NCBI GenBank assembly: GCA_013215565.1
Contig: JABSQV010000127.1
Span: 2,339-66,338, forward strand
Source of the DNA: Myxococcales bacterium
Lineage (GTDB): Bacteria > Myxococcota_A > UBA9160 > SZUA-336
DNA length: 64,000 nucleotides
Direction: 5' to 3'
Positions 1 to 9,243 of the stretch are shown here, one piece after another. Positions within the stretch are counted from its first letter, which is position 1. Each line of letters starts with the position of its first letter. A program made the position numbers and the translations under genes. Under the pieces are notes generated by a model. That model worked only from the letters and a program-made list of their open reading frames with translations. It made no database searches and was not told where the DNA came from.

Positions 1-474
1 GGGATTTCGTCCGCCTCTACGTTCACGTTGACTCCGATTCCCAGGACGCAGCTGAGCACGCGCTGGCCCTCGACCTGAGCCGGCAAGTTGATTCCGCTCG
101 TCTTGCGGCCGTCGAGCAGCACGTCATTCGGCCACTTGATTTCGGGCTGGACCGCAGCTCCGAGTGCTTGCTTGACGGCCTCGGCGACCGCGACCGCGGC
201 AGCGAAGACGTAGCGCGGGATTTCCTCGAGCGGTTCCTCCGGCCGGAGCACGACCGAGAGGTACACCGAGCGCCCGGGCGGTGACCAGAAACTGCGCCCG
301 AGCCGACCCCGGCCCGCCGACTGCTGGTCGGCGAGCACGATCGTGCCCTCCGGGGCGCCATTCCGGGCGACGGACTCCGCGATCCGGTTGGTCGAGTCCA
401 CGCCCCGGTACAGGTGGGCGCGCCGTCCGAGCCAGCGTCCCGGGGGCCTCAGGTCGAGGAGGGTGCGTTCCATT
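1..474 (-). CDS. birA: biotin--[acetyl-CoA-carboxylase] ligase BirA (C-terminal part runs off window edge)
   Basis: Minus-strand translation from ATG at 474: MERTLLDLRPPGRWLGRRAHLYRGVDSTN...GRGRLGRSFWSPPGRSVYLSVVL...KWPNDVLLDGRKTSGI, the classic BPL catalytic-domain motifs. Its start overlaps the nadC stop. Confidence 0.8.
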
Positions 475-1300
475 CGAGCGCGATGTCGACCGCCGCGGCG
501 GAGTGGGTCAGGGCCCCGATGGAGATGCGATCGACCCCGGTGCGCGCGACCTGGGCCACGGAATCGAGACGAATTCCACCGGTCGCCTCGACCGGGACCC
601 GGCCCGCGACGCGGCGCGCGATCTCGGCGAGCGCTTCGGGCGTCTGGTTGTCGATGAGCAGCAGGTCGGCCCCGGCCGCGATCGCGTCGCGCGCCTCGTC
701 CCAGCTCTCGACCTCGACCTGGACGGCAAGCGCGCCGCGCGCAGCGGCCCGCGCGGACTTCACGGCCGCTCCCAGATCCCCGGTGACGCGAAGGTGGTTG
801 TCCTTGATCAGAATTCCGTCGTAAAGGCCGAGCCGATGGTTGAAGCCACCTCCACAGCGTACGGCGTACTTTTCGAGCAACCGCCAGCCCGGCGTCGTCT
901 TGCGCGTATCGAAGATCCGCGCCCGGGTCCCGGCGACGGCGGCCACGAAGCGTGCGGTCCCGGTTGCGATGCCCGAGAGCCGCTGCAAGAAGTTGAGCGC
1001 CGTGCGTTCACCCGCCAGGATTCCTCGGGCGGGGCCCCGCACATGGGCCAGTAGGGCGCCCGCCTCGAGCTGGTCGCCGTCGGCGCACTGCGCTTCGTAC
1101 TCGACGTCGAGCTGCGCAAACACCTCGGACGCGACCTCGAGCCCTGCCAGAACCAGGGCCTCGCGCGCCTCGACTCGCGCTTCGCCGCTGGCACCGGCCG
1201 GGATCGTGGCTTCGCTGGTCAGGTCTCCGCTGCCCAGATCCTCGACCAGGGCCGCTTCGACGAGCCCCACCCAGCGCGCGCGTGCGGGCATGCGGTGCAT
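449..1300 (-). CDS. nadC: nicotinate-nucleotide (quinolinate) phosphoribosyltransferase
   Basis: 283 aa; GGGFNHRLGLYDGILIKDNH and the TIM-barrel C-terminus are typical of NadC. Confidence 0.9.
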   Translation of the reverse strand: MHRMPARARWVGLVEAALVEDLGSGDLTSEATIPAGASGEARVEAREALVLAGLEVASEVFAQLDVEYEAQCADGDQLEAGALLAHVRGPARGILAGERTALNFLQRLSGIATGTARFVAAVAGTRARIFDTRKTTPGWRLLEKYAVRCGGGFNHRLGLYDGILIKDNHLRVTGDLGAAVKSARAAARGALAVQVEVESWDEARDAIAAGADLLLIDNQTPEALAEIARRVAGRVPVEATGGIRLDSVAQVARTGVDRISIGALTHSAAAVDIALEWNAPSST

Positions 1301-1425
1301 GTCCCAAGACTAGCAGCGCGGCGCATTCCCGTGCCCCGGAAACGCGGCGTGGGCCAGGCTGCGACCCGGGGGACGCGGCTCGCTCGCGTCGTATCCGTCA
1401 CGGCGGGCGGGATGGGAAGCCGGGC

Positions 1426-2697
1426 TCAGCCCTCGGGGTCTTCGGCGTGCTTGAGCCGTTCGATCTCGGCGCGCACGAGACGCTCAGCGATCTGGGGTAC
1501 CGTCTCCCACGCGATCTCTTCGAGCTTGCGGATCACCTGGCTCACGATCTGCTCCGAAAGCGGGCCGAAGGCGTCCCAGGCGACCTTTTCGATGGCGGAG
1601 TTCATCTCCTGGGCGAGACGCTCCTCGTCGAAACCGGGCTGCGGGGGGGACGACGAAGACGCTGGCGAAATTGCGGCAGTGGTGGGCGATCCGGAGGCCT
1701 CGGATGCCGCGGGAGCGCGTGCGTCCCGGCCGGGCACCGGTACCGGGTCGGGCTCCGCGCCGCGCCAGCGGATCGTCGTGTCCCCGTGCGCTTCCGGAAC
1801 CCAGTGCGTTTCGGTCTCATCCGGCGACTGTGGTTCGGTGGGATCGAGGAGCTGGCGATCCGCAGCTCCGCCTTGTCCCGGGGGGTCGTTCGTGGCCCAG
1901 GAGGTGAGCAAGTCGCCCGAATCCGTGAGGGGCAGTTCGCCGAAAACTCCGCTTTTCGAATCGTCGAGCGACGTGAGAGAAAGCGGTTCGTCGCAGGACC
2001 CCGGGCCGGCTTCGGCGGGCGGCTCGGGGAGCGGGTCCTGACTGGACGCCGGAAGCTCCAGGTAAAACGGGTCGTCGTCGAGGCAGGCCGGGGAGTCCGG
2101 GGACGGCACTGCATGGCTCGCTCCGGGGGCCTCTTCGAGGTCTTGCTCGGAGCCGTCGCGGCCCCCGGGCGTCAGCGCCACGATCGGCTCCGAAGAGAGC
2201 ACGGTCTCGTCGCCGAAGACCGGGTCCGGAGCGTCGGAGGAGGGCAGCGGCTCCTGATCGGCCGGACCGAGCACGACCTGGGGCGCACTCCCGAACGTAG
2301 CCGGTTCGGGGTCTTGGACCGGTTGTGGCGAAGCCTGGAGCAGGGTCTCGACCTTGCTCACGAGCGCGTGGGCCTCGAACGGCTTCGCGATGAAGTCGCT
2401 CACCCCGGACTCTTCGGCCAGGCGCTCGTCCACACGCTCAAAGGAGCCCGTCAGCAGCAGCACCGGCGTGTGCGCGAGTTCGGTGTCCTCGCGGATCGCG
2501 GCGCAGAGTTCGTAGCCCGAGAGTCCGGGCATGCTGACGTCCGCCAGGATCAGGTCGGGCTGGAGTGCCCGCGCCCGGATCAGGGCATCGTCGCCATTGT
2601 CGACCGTGACCAGCCGGATGTCCTCGTTCGCAAAGGTGAGCCCCACGATCTTCTGGATCGTGACGCTGTCATCTGCGAGAAGCAAAGTTCTGGACAT
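1426..2697 (-). CDS. response regulator: N-terminal receiver domain, ~250 aa acidic/Pro/Ser-rich low-complexity linker, ~70 aa conserved C-terminal domain of unknown function
   Basis: The receiver carries the phospho-acceptor context LLLADD...DLILADVSMPGLSGYEL...LLLTG...KPF. Strong GGAGGG ribosome-binding site before the ATG at 2697. Confidence 0.8.
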   Translation of the reverse strand: MSRTLLLADDSVTIQKIVGLTFANEDIRLVTVDNGDDALIRARALQPDLILADVSMPGLSGYELCAAIREDTELAHTPVLLLTGSFERVDERLAEESGVSDFIAKPFEAHALVSKVETLLQASPQPVQDPEPATFGSAPQVVLGPADQEPLPSSDAPDPVFGDETVLSSEPIVALTPGGRDGSEQDLEEAPGASHAVPSPDSPACLDDDPFYLELPASSQDPLPEPPAEAGPGSCDEPLSLTSLDDSKSGVFGELPLTDSGDLLTSWATNDPPGQGGAADRQLLDPTEPQSPDETETHWVPEAHGDTTIRWRGAEPDPVPVPGRDARAPAASEASGSPTTAAISPASSSSPPQPGFDEERLAQEMNSAIEKVAWDAFGPLSEQIVSQVIRKLEEIAWETVPQIAERLVRAEIERLKHAEDPEG

Positions 2698-2789
2698 GGA
2701 AACCTGACCCTCCGTGTCCCCGCTACAGGTCTGCGGCAGAACCCTTCGCCCAGGCGCGGCCGCCGACCGGGAACGAGTCCAAAGCGCGT

Positions 2790-2817
2790 GGTTCCCGGCT
2801 TATCGGACGCAGTGAGC
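2790..2817 (-). promoter_or_regulatory. putative sigma-28 (FliA)-type promoter upstream of the response regulator gene
   Basis: Minus strand reads TCAA-N16-TCCGATAA, against the consensus TAAA-N15-GCCGATAA. It lies ~90 nt upstream of the response regulator start and downstream of fliA-flgM. Confidence 0.3.
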
Positions 2818-2889
2818 GGCCGGTTGAACCCCCCGTCGAAGCCGCGAAGACCATACCAGATCGCCCGGCCGCGGGTAGCGAGCCTGGCG

Positions 2890-3120
2890 CTAGCTGTCGC
2901 CGGCTGTCCGGCGTGTCAGGAAGTACTCGGCGATGCGTGCGGGGTCGACGCGGTAGGCGCCGAGCGCGATACGACGCCGGAGTTCCGCCAGGCGCTCGGA
3001 TCGAGCTTCACCGCTCGCACACTCGAGCAGGTACTCGGCCGAGTAGACCTCCTCGCAGTCCTCGAACTCGGGTGCATGATCGGGAGCTTCGTCTAGCGCG
3101 CCCTGCTTCTCGTCGCCCAT
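2890..3120 (-). CDS. flgM: anti-sigma-28 factor FlgM
   Basis: 76 aa; C-terminal RLAELRRRIALGAYRVDPARIAEYFL matches the FlgM sigma-28-binding helix pattern (..EL+..I..G.Y+VD..+IA..L). Encoded immediately downstream of fliA, with a GGGGAG ribosome-binding site. Confidence 0.7.
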   Translation of the reverse strand: MGDEKQGALDEAPDHAPEFEDCEEVYSAEYLLECASGEARSERLAELRRRIALGAYRVDPARIAEYFLTRRTAGDS

Positions 3121-3219
3121 CGCCTGTCGGTCTCCCCGGAACGTCTTCGCATCCCTGAGAGGCTTATCGGGCGGCCCGGGACATTCTTTAGCAGGGGAGG
3201 TCTCTCTCGCCAGCTTTTT

Positions 3220-4020
3220 TCAGGTCTCGAGAACCTCGGCGAGCTTCGAGCGGAGGCGGCCCACGGCCTTCGTGTGGATCTGGCACACGCGGGATTCGGT
3301 GATCGAGAGCACCTGCCCGATCTCCTTCATGTTCAGATCCTCATAGTAGTAGAGCGACATCACCAGCCGTTCCTTCTCGGGCAGTTCCGCGATGCAGCCG
3401 CCGATCGCGGCGCACAGTTCGCGTGACTTGAGGGTCGTGTACGGGTTCTCGGCCTTGACGTCCTCGAAGACGTCGGCGTAGATGGGGCCGTTTCCCTCGC
3501 CCGCACTCCGGAGTTCGTCGAGGTTCACGATCGAGATGCCGCGGACCTGATTGATCATTAGGTGGAGTTCGTCCAGATCGAGCCCCAGCGAATCCGCGAC
3601 CTCGTCTTCGGTCGCGGCGCGGCCAAGCCGCTGCTCCACTTCGTTGGTGGCCGTGTCGAGCCGGCGGCTCTTCTGCCGGACCGAGCGCGGAACCCAGTCG
3701 AGCGCCCGCAGTTGATCCAGAATCGCGCCCTTGATCCGAAACTCGGCGTAGGTCTTGAAGCGGCAGTTCTTGGTGGGGTCGTACTTATCGATGGCATCCA
3801 TCAGGCCGATTACTCCAGTGCTGTGCAGGTCGTCGAGATCGATGTGAGAAGGCAGCCGAACCGCGATCCGGTTTACGATGTACCGGATCAAGGAACCGTG
3901 CTCGATCACGATTTGCTCCTTGAGCGCGGCCGGTACGTGCCCGTGACTCTCGTGTGCATCCCGCAGCAGAGCGTCCATTCGATTCCTCCCGGCTTCCTTG
4001 TCTGACTTGTCCGACATGGG
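3220..4020 (-). CDS. fliA: RNA polymerase sigma factor, FliA/WhiG (sigma-28) family
   Basis: Region 2 (YIVNRIAVRL...LDDLHSTGVIGLMDAIDKYDP...FKTYAEFRIKGAILDQLR) and region 4 (LYYYEDLNMKEIGQVLSITESRVCQIHTKAV) are typical of the FliA subfamily. Start taken at the ATG at 4020 (MSDKSDKE); the ORF could extend to 4098. Confidence 0.85.
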   Translation of the reverse strand, partial: PMSDKSDKEAGRNRMDALLRDAHESHGHVPAALKEQIVIEHGSLIRYIVNRIAVRLPSHIDLDDLHSTGVIGLMDAIDKYDPTKNCRFKTYAEFRIKGAILDQLRALDWVPRSVRQKSRRLDTATNEVEQRLGRAATEDEVADSLGLDLDELHLMINQVRGISIVNLDELRSAGEGNGPIYADVFEDVKAENPYTTLKSRELCAAIGGCIAELPEKERLVMSLYYYEDLNMKEIGQVLSITESRVCQIHTKAVGRLRSKLAEVLET

Positions 4021-4287
4021 CTTGGTCCCGGCGGGGCCCTTGTGCAAGTCGGGTGCCGCAGGTCGGCAGCGGGGTGGAAGCTCGGAAGCTTCTGGCATCT
4101 AAAGGACGCGGTTCGGGCCAGAAGTTCCCGAAGCATCGAGGGAATCGGCCGGAGACCTGAAAGCCTCGCGAGGCCCCAAGCCCGGCTCCCGGAAGGGCAA
4201 GAACAGACGGAATCTTGACGCTTGCGCGCGGAATCTGTCGGTTCACGCAGACGCGGGCACGCCGCCGAGCGGCGCCTTCGGGCCGGG

Positions 4288-5685
4288 CTAGATGCCCTTG
4301 GAGCGGATCTTCTCGACCAGCGTCGTGCGCTTGAGCCCCAGGATCTCGGCGGCCCGGTTCTTGTTGCCCTCGGTTCGGTCGAGGGCCTGGCAGATCAGGT
4401 GGGTCTCGACCGCGCTCATGTAGCCGGGTAGGTCGATGCCTTCGGGTGGCAACTCCGCGGCCTGGGGCCGTTCGCGCCCCTGGCGCTCGCGCAGTTCGGG
4501 CGGCAGGTCGGTTTCCTCGATCCAGCCGGATTGCTTGAGGATGGAGAGTCGCTCCACCAGCGCCTCGAGTTCCCGGACGTTGCCGGGCCAGGTGTACTCG
4601 CCCATGCGCTTGAGCGCGTCTGCGCTGATCCCCTTGAGCTCACAGAAACTGAGGCGCTGGCGGGCAAGGAAGTGCGCTGCGAGTTCCGGGATGTCGTCGC
4701 GCCGCTCGCGCAGGGGTGGGACCTCGATCGGAATCACGTGGAGTCGGTAGTAGAGGTCCTCTCGAAAGCGCCTTTCCGCGATCAGCTGTTTCAGATCCTG
4801 GTTGGTGGCGGCCACAATCCGGACATCGACGCGCTCCGTCTTCGACGATCCGACTGCCTCGAATTCCTGTTCCTGCAACACGCGAAGTAACTTGGACTGG
4901 AGGGGCGAGCTCATGTCTCCGATCTCGTCGAGAAAGAGGGTCCCGTGATCGGCCGCCTGAAAGCGCCCGATCCGAGCGCTGGTCGCGCCTGTAAAGGCGC
5001 CGCGCACGTGTCCGAAGAGTTCGCTCTCGAGCAGATCGGAGGGCAGGGCGCTGCAGTTCACGGCGACGAACGGTCCGTTCGCCCGGTGGCCGGTATAGTG
5101 CAGGGCGCGCGCGATCAGTTCCTTGCCCACGCCGCTCTCGCCCAGCACCAGCACATTGGCATCGGTCCGGGCGACGATCTCCACGGTGTCGAGAACTCCG
5201 CGCAGGGAGGTACTGCGCCCGATGATGTTCTCGACCCCGAAGCGTGCACGCAGTTGGCGCTGCAGCGTCAGGTTCTCGTCTCGCAGGTCGCGATTCTCGG
5301 TCCGCAGCCGGCGGACGTCGAACGCGGTCGCGACACAGCTGACCAGGGTCTCGAGCGCGTCCTCCTGGTCGGGCTTTTCCAGGTACCAGAGCGCGCCGGC
5401 CTGCATCGCTTCCAGGGAACGCGAGCTGTTTCCGAATGCCGTGATCGGAATACACTCGCAGTCATCGTAGCGGGCCTTGATTCTCCGAACGAGTTCGATC
5501 CCCCCGATTCCGTCCATTCGGATGTCGGTCACCACGACGCCGAAGGAGCGGGCCTCGAGCTTCTCGAGCGCGGCCTCGGCATGGGTCGCCGTCTCGACTT
5601 CGTAGCCCGCCTGCTTCAGTTCGCGCGCGAACTGCCGCAGAAAGATCCGGTTGTCATCGACAACGAGAACCGCCTCTTGACCCAC
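4288..5685 (-). CDS. sigma-54-dependent Fis-family response regulator (NtrC-like enhancer-binding protein)
   Basis: Receiver + AAA+ sigma-54 activation domain (GESGVGKE, GAFTGA, ESELFGH) + C-terminal HTH. GTG start with a GGAGGG ribosome-binding site. Confidence 0.9.
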   Translation of the reverse strand: MGQEAVLVVDDNRIFLRQFARELKQAGYEVETATHAEAALEKLEARSFGVVVTDIRMDGIGGIELVRRIKARYDDCECIPITAFGNSSRSLEAMQAGALWYLEKPDQEDALETLVSCVATAFDVRRLRTENRDLRDENLTLQRQLRARFGVENIIGRSTSLRGVLDTVEIVARTDANVLVLGESGVGKELIARALHYTGHRANGPFVAVNCSALPSDLLESELFGHVRGAFTGATSARIGRFQAADHGTLFLDEIGDMSSPLQSKLLRVLQEQEFEAVGSSKTERVDVRIVAATNQDLKQLIAERRFREDLYYRLHVIPIEVPPLRERRDDIPELAAHFLARQRLSFCELKGISADALKRMGEYTWPGNVRELEALVERLSILKQSGWIEETDLPPELRERQGRERPQAAELPPEGIDLPGYMSAVETHLICQALDRTEGNKNRAAEILGLKRTTLVEKIRSKGI

Positions 5686-5763
5686 GCCCCCTCCAGGCAG
5701 GGAATGTAGGCAAGAGCCGTTCGGGCCTCAAGCATTGCCGGCCCGGCTCCGATTCTGAGGACG

Positions 5764-7164
5764 ATGCCCCCCGAGCTCCAAGGCGACGCGCGCGCCGCTT
5801 CGTTGCCGCGGATTCTGCTGGCCGACGACGAGCCGCAGTTTCTGCGCATGCTGCGCCGTATGCTCCAGGGCGAGCCCATGGAGGTACATGAGGCGCGCGA
5901 TGCGCCAGGGCTGCTGCTCAAGCTGGATGCGCGGCCGAGCGTATTGCTGCTCGACCTTCGGCTCGATGGCACCCCGGGTGAAGAACTCATCGCGCAGGTT
6001 CGCGAGCGCTCGCCCGACACTCAGATCATCGTAATGACGGGCCACGCGAGTGTGGATTCGGTGGTTGCCTGCATGCGGGCCGGCGCGGTCGACTACCTCG
6101 AAAAGCCTCTGTTGGACCGGCACCGCCTGCTTCAGACGTTGCAGCGCGCGCTCGAACATCGAGCGCTCCGGCTCCGCAACCGCGAACTCGAAGGCGAGCT
6201 CGATTTGCGCTCGGCACTCGATGGAATCGTGGCGCAGTCGCGCGCCATGCGGGGCGTCACGAAGCTCGTGCTCGACCTGCGCGAGAACGAGTCGACCGTA
6301 CTCATCGAGGGCGAGAGTGGCACGGGCAAGGAGTTGATCGCGCGTGCGCTTCACGACAGTTCTCGGCGCCGGAACGGCCCCTTCGTGCCCGTGGATTGCG
6401 GCGCGCTGCCAGAGGGCATCATCGAGGCAGAGCTGTTCGGCTACGAACGAGGGGCGTTCACGGGCGCGACCCGGTCGGCACTGGGGCTGTTCCGGAGCGC
6501 CGCGGGCGGAACCCTGTTCCTGGATGAGGTCGGCGAACTGCCGCTCCTGATGCAGTCGAAGCTCCTGCGCGCGATTCAGGCGCGCGAGGTCCGGCCGCTC
6601 GGAGCCGGCATTCCGGAAGCGACCGACGTACGGCTCGTGGCCGCGACCAATCGCAATCTGGCAGAGGAGGTTCAGACCGGCCGCTTCCGCCGCGACCTCT
6701 ACTACCGGCTTCGGGTCGTCGCGATCGAGATCCCGGCGCTGCGGGAGCGGCCGGAGGACGTCGCCGTCCTCGCCAGCCACTTCCTGGAGCGCTACGCCCG
6801 TGGCACCCGCATCAAGGGGCTCGAACCGGAGGCGCTCGAAGCCCTGCTCGCGCATCCGTGGGAAGGGAACGTTCGAGAACTCGAGAACACCATCGAGGCG
6901 GCCGTGGCGCTGGCGCGCCGCCCGAAGCTCGGGGTCCGCGATCTGCGCCTCGCCGGTCCGCGCCCCTCGAGCCTCCCTGAGTTCGGGACCGCGGCCGGCA
7001 ACGTTTCCGGAGCCCCGATCCAGCTGTCGCTCAGGGCGTACGAACGTGCCTGCATCGAAACCGCCCTCGTACACTGCAGCCGGGACGTGTGCCGCACCGC
7101 GAAGCTGCTCGGGATCGGGCGCAGCACGCTCTACCGCAAGTGCAAGGAGTTGGAGATCGCCTAG
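5764..7164 (+). CDS. sigma-54-dependent Fis-family response regulator (NtrC-like enhancer-binding protein)
   Basis: Receiver + AAA+ domain (GESGTGKE, GAFTGA, ELFGYERG) + HTH (RTAKLLGIGRSTLYRKCKE). Divergent from the previous enhancer-binding protein gene. Confidence 0.9.
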   Translation: MPPELQGDARAASLPRILLADDEPQFLRMLRRMLQGEPMEVHEARDAPGLLLKLDARPSVLLLDLRLDGTPGEELIAQVRERSPDTQIIVMTGHASVDSVVACMRAGAVDYLEKPLLDRHRLLQTLQRALEHRALRLRNRELEGELDLRSALDGIVAQSRAMRGVTKLVLDLRENESTVLIEGESGTGKELIARALHDSSRRRNGPFVPVDCGALPEGIIEAELFGYERGAFTGATRSALGLFRSAAGGTLFLDEVGELPLLMQSKLLRAIQAREVRPLGAGIPEATDVRLVAATNRNLAEEVQTGRFRRDLYYRLRVVAIEIPALRERPEDVAVLASHFLERYARGTRIKGLEPEALEALLAHPWEGNVRELENTIEAAVALARRPKLGVRDLRLAGPRPSSLPEFGTAAGNVSGAPIQLSLRAYERACIETALVHCSRDVCRTAKLLGIGRSTLYRKCKELEIA

Positions 7165-7210
7165 TCCGTCTCGGATCGCGCGCCCGGCGTGCGTGCTAGG
7201 CTGGCGCGCG

Positions 7211-7999
7211 ATGAGGGTGGTCGATCTGGACCGGGACATGTCGGACGTAATCCCGACCGGGGCTTCTCCGGATTCCGAATACCTGTTCGCGCGGATGGAG
7301 GAGGTGACGCTGGAGGCGCTGCGAGCGCAGCCGGGCTCGCGCGTTCTCGACGCAGCCGCCGGCGTCGGCCAGGACGGACGTCGGCTTGCCGCGGAAGGAA
7401 TCTGGACGGTCGGTGCCGAACCTTCCCGGCGGATCATGCAACTGGCCCGGCTCGAGGACGCGCGGAGGCCGGGCGGGAGCGAAGTCCGGCGCGTGCGCGG
7501 TTGGTCGGAGGCCCTCCCGTTCCGGGCGGGTTGCTTCGACGCGGCGTTCTGCAAGGGGGCGCTGGACCACTTCGACGACCCGCTGAGGTGTATCCAGGAG
7601 TTGGCGCGGATCACGCACAGCCGGGGTCGCGTAGTCCTGGCCGTGGCCAACTTCGAATCCCTGGGGTCTCGCGTCGCGCGCGCCCTCGAACGCTGGCTCG
7701 GCCGCTGGCGCCCGGCAAAGCGACGGGGCCGCCGTTACCACGACGTTCCGTCCGACCACCTCACCCGTTACGACCCCGCCCTGCTCCGAGAACAGATCGG
7801 GGCCGCGGTCGAGATCGAAGAGTGGACGGGCCTGTCTCTCCTGTGGGGCGTGCGCAGTTGGGGCCGGGCACTCGCACGGTTGCCCCGTCCACTCACGCGC
7901 GCGCTGCTGCGCGGGACCGATGCGCTGGCCCGCTGGCTTCCTTCGCTCGCTGACGTGATCGTGGTCGCGGGTCGCCCGCGCGGTACGAGCCGGCCCTAG
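7211..7999 (+). CDS. class I SAM-dependent methyltransferase (Methyltransf_11-like)
   Basis: SAM-binding motif VLDAAAGVGQDG plus a downstream acidic motif. Alternative GTG start at 7192. Its stop codon overlaps the stop of the convergent GT4 gene. Confidence 0.75.
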   Translation: MRVVDLDRDMSDVIPTGASPDSEYLFARMEEVTLEALRAQPGSRVLDAAAGVGQDGRRLAAEGIWTVGAEPSRRIMQLARLEDARRPGGSEVRRVRGWSEALPFRAGCFDAAFCKGALDHFDDPLRCIQELARITHSRGRVVLAVANFESLGSRVARALERWLGRWRPAKRRGRRYHDVPSDHLTRYDPALLREQIGAAVEIEEWTGLSLLWGVRSWGRALARLPRPLTRALLRGTDALARWLPSLADVIVVAGRPRGTSRP

Positions 8000-9243
8000 C
8001 CCCGCTCGAGGAGACGCTGGTAGATCCGGGCGGTGTCCGCCGCGATCCGGCTCCAGGCATAGGCCTGCTCGATGCGGGTCCGGGCGTCGAGCGCGCGCGC
8101 ATGCTCGGTTCCCCAGTGCTCGAGGACCTGCGAGATTGCGCGGGCGAGCGCTGCCGGGTCCGCCGGCGGAACCAGCACGCCGGCTCCTGCGGCCGCGATC
8201 ACCTCGGGCAGCGCTCCGGCGCGCGAGGCGACCACGGGGGTGCCCGCCGCGAGGGCCTCGACCGCGGGCAGTCCGAAGCCCTCGAAGAGAGACGGCAACA
8301 CCACGACGGCCGCGGAGCGATAGGCGCGGTCCAATTCCTGGCTCGACACCTTCCCCGAGAAGCGCACGCGTCCGCAGAGGCCCAATTCGCGGATCTGCCG
8401 TTCGAGTGCGGTCCCGGCCGGAAACCCATCCAGCACCCGGAGGGTGAGCGAGGACGGGAGTTCGGCCAGCGCCGCGAGTAGGTACTCGAGGCCCTTGTTG
8501 GGGTCACCACAGCGGCCCACGAACAGAAGTTCGGGAGACTTCGGCCGACTGCGGCGGGAGCCCGGTAGCGTCAACTCGACACCGTTCCGGACCCGGTGGA
8601 CGCGATCCGCGCGCACCCCGAAGCCGGCTGTGAGTTCGCGTGCCGACGCATCGCTCGAGGTCAGCACCGCGTCCAACCGGCGGGCGACGCGCCGCTGCGT
8701 GCGCACCGGGTAGAAGGTGAGGGTCCCTTTCTTCTCTCGAAAGCTCCGGTCCCTCCGCAGGCTGGAGCGGCGATCGACGCTCAGCGGGTGATGGATCGTC
8801 GTCACCACCGGGAGCCCGAGTGCGCGCAGCCAGAGCAGTCCGTAGCCGACGGATTGCACGTCGTGTACGAGCTGGTAGCGCCGGCCGCGGCGCATGCGCT
8901 CGATGACGGCGCGCGCGGCGCGGAGGCTGAACGCGAACGACTCTGGGAGAAAGCCAAAGCGAGTCACCGCGAACTCGTAGAAGTTGAGCGGTGCGAAGAT
9001 TCGGAGCGGGTCGGGGCTGGGCAGGAAAGCCCCGGGGCCGGGCGCGAAGCGGCGGCCCCAGAAGCACTGGTTCTCGATCCGGGTGACCTCGGCCCACGGC
9101 ATCGGGTCGGGCCAGGGCGGGCCCACGAAGACGTCGATCTCGTAGCCGAGGGCCGCGAGTTCCCGGGTGAGCGCGTACAGGTAGATTCCCTGGCCCCCGC
9201 TGGTCATGCTGCCGCGGTAGGCCAGGAACGCGATCCGGATCAC
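7996..9243 (-). CDS. glycosyltransferase family 4 (retaining GT-B), copy 1
   Basis: N-terminal IAFLAYRGSMTSGGQGIY (GGQ.Y nucleotide-sugar pocket) and C-terminal EX7E motif (FEGFGLPAVEALAAGTPVV). GTG start at 9243 overlaps the stop of the upstream methyltransferase gene. Confidence 0.85.
   Translation of the reverse strand: MIRIAFLAYRGSMTSGGQGIYLYALTRELAALGYEIDVFVGPPWPDPMPWAEVTRIENQCFWGRRFAPGPGAFLPSPDPLRIFAPLNFYEFAVTRFGFLPESFAFSLRAARAVIERMRRGRRYQLVHDVQSVGYGLLWLRALGLPVVTTIHHPLSVDRRSSLRRDRSFREKKGTLTFYPVRTQRRVARRLDAVLTSSDASARELTAGFGVRADRVHRVRNGVELTLPGSRRSRPKSPELLFVGRCGDPNKGLEYLLAALAELPSSLTLRVLDGFPAGTALERQIRELGLCGRVRFSGKVSSQELDRAYRSAAVVVLPSLFEGFGLPAVEALAAGTPVVASRAGALPEVIAAAGAGVLVPPADPAALARAISQVLEHWGTEHARALDARTRIEQAYAWSRIAADTARIYQRLLERG

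Noticed and set aside
1282-3096. 604-aa plus-strand ORF spanning the response-regulator and flgM region
   Set aside because: Antisense to genes with clear domain homology and good ribosome-binding sites. Low-complexity translation.
5728-7650. 640-aa minus-strand ORF
   Set aside because: Antisense to a well-supported NtrC-family gene (5764-7164). The product is Arg/Ala/Pro-rich low-complexity, typical of a high-GC shadow ORF.
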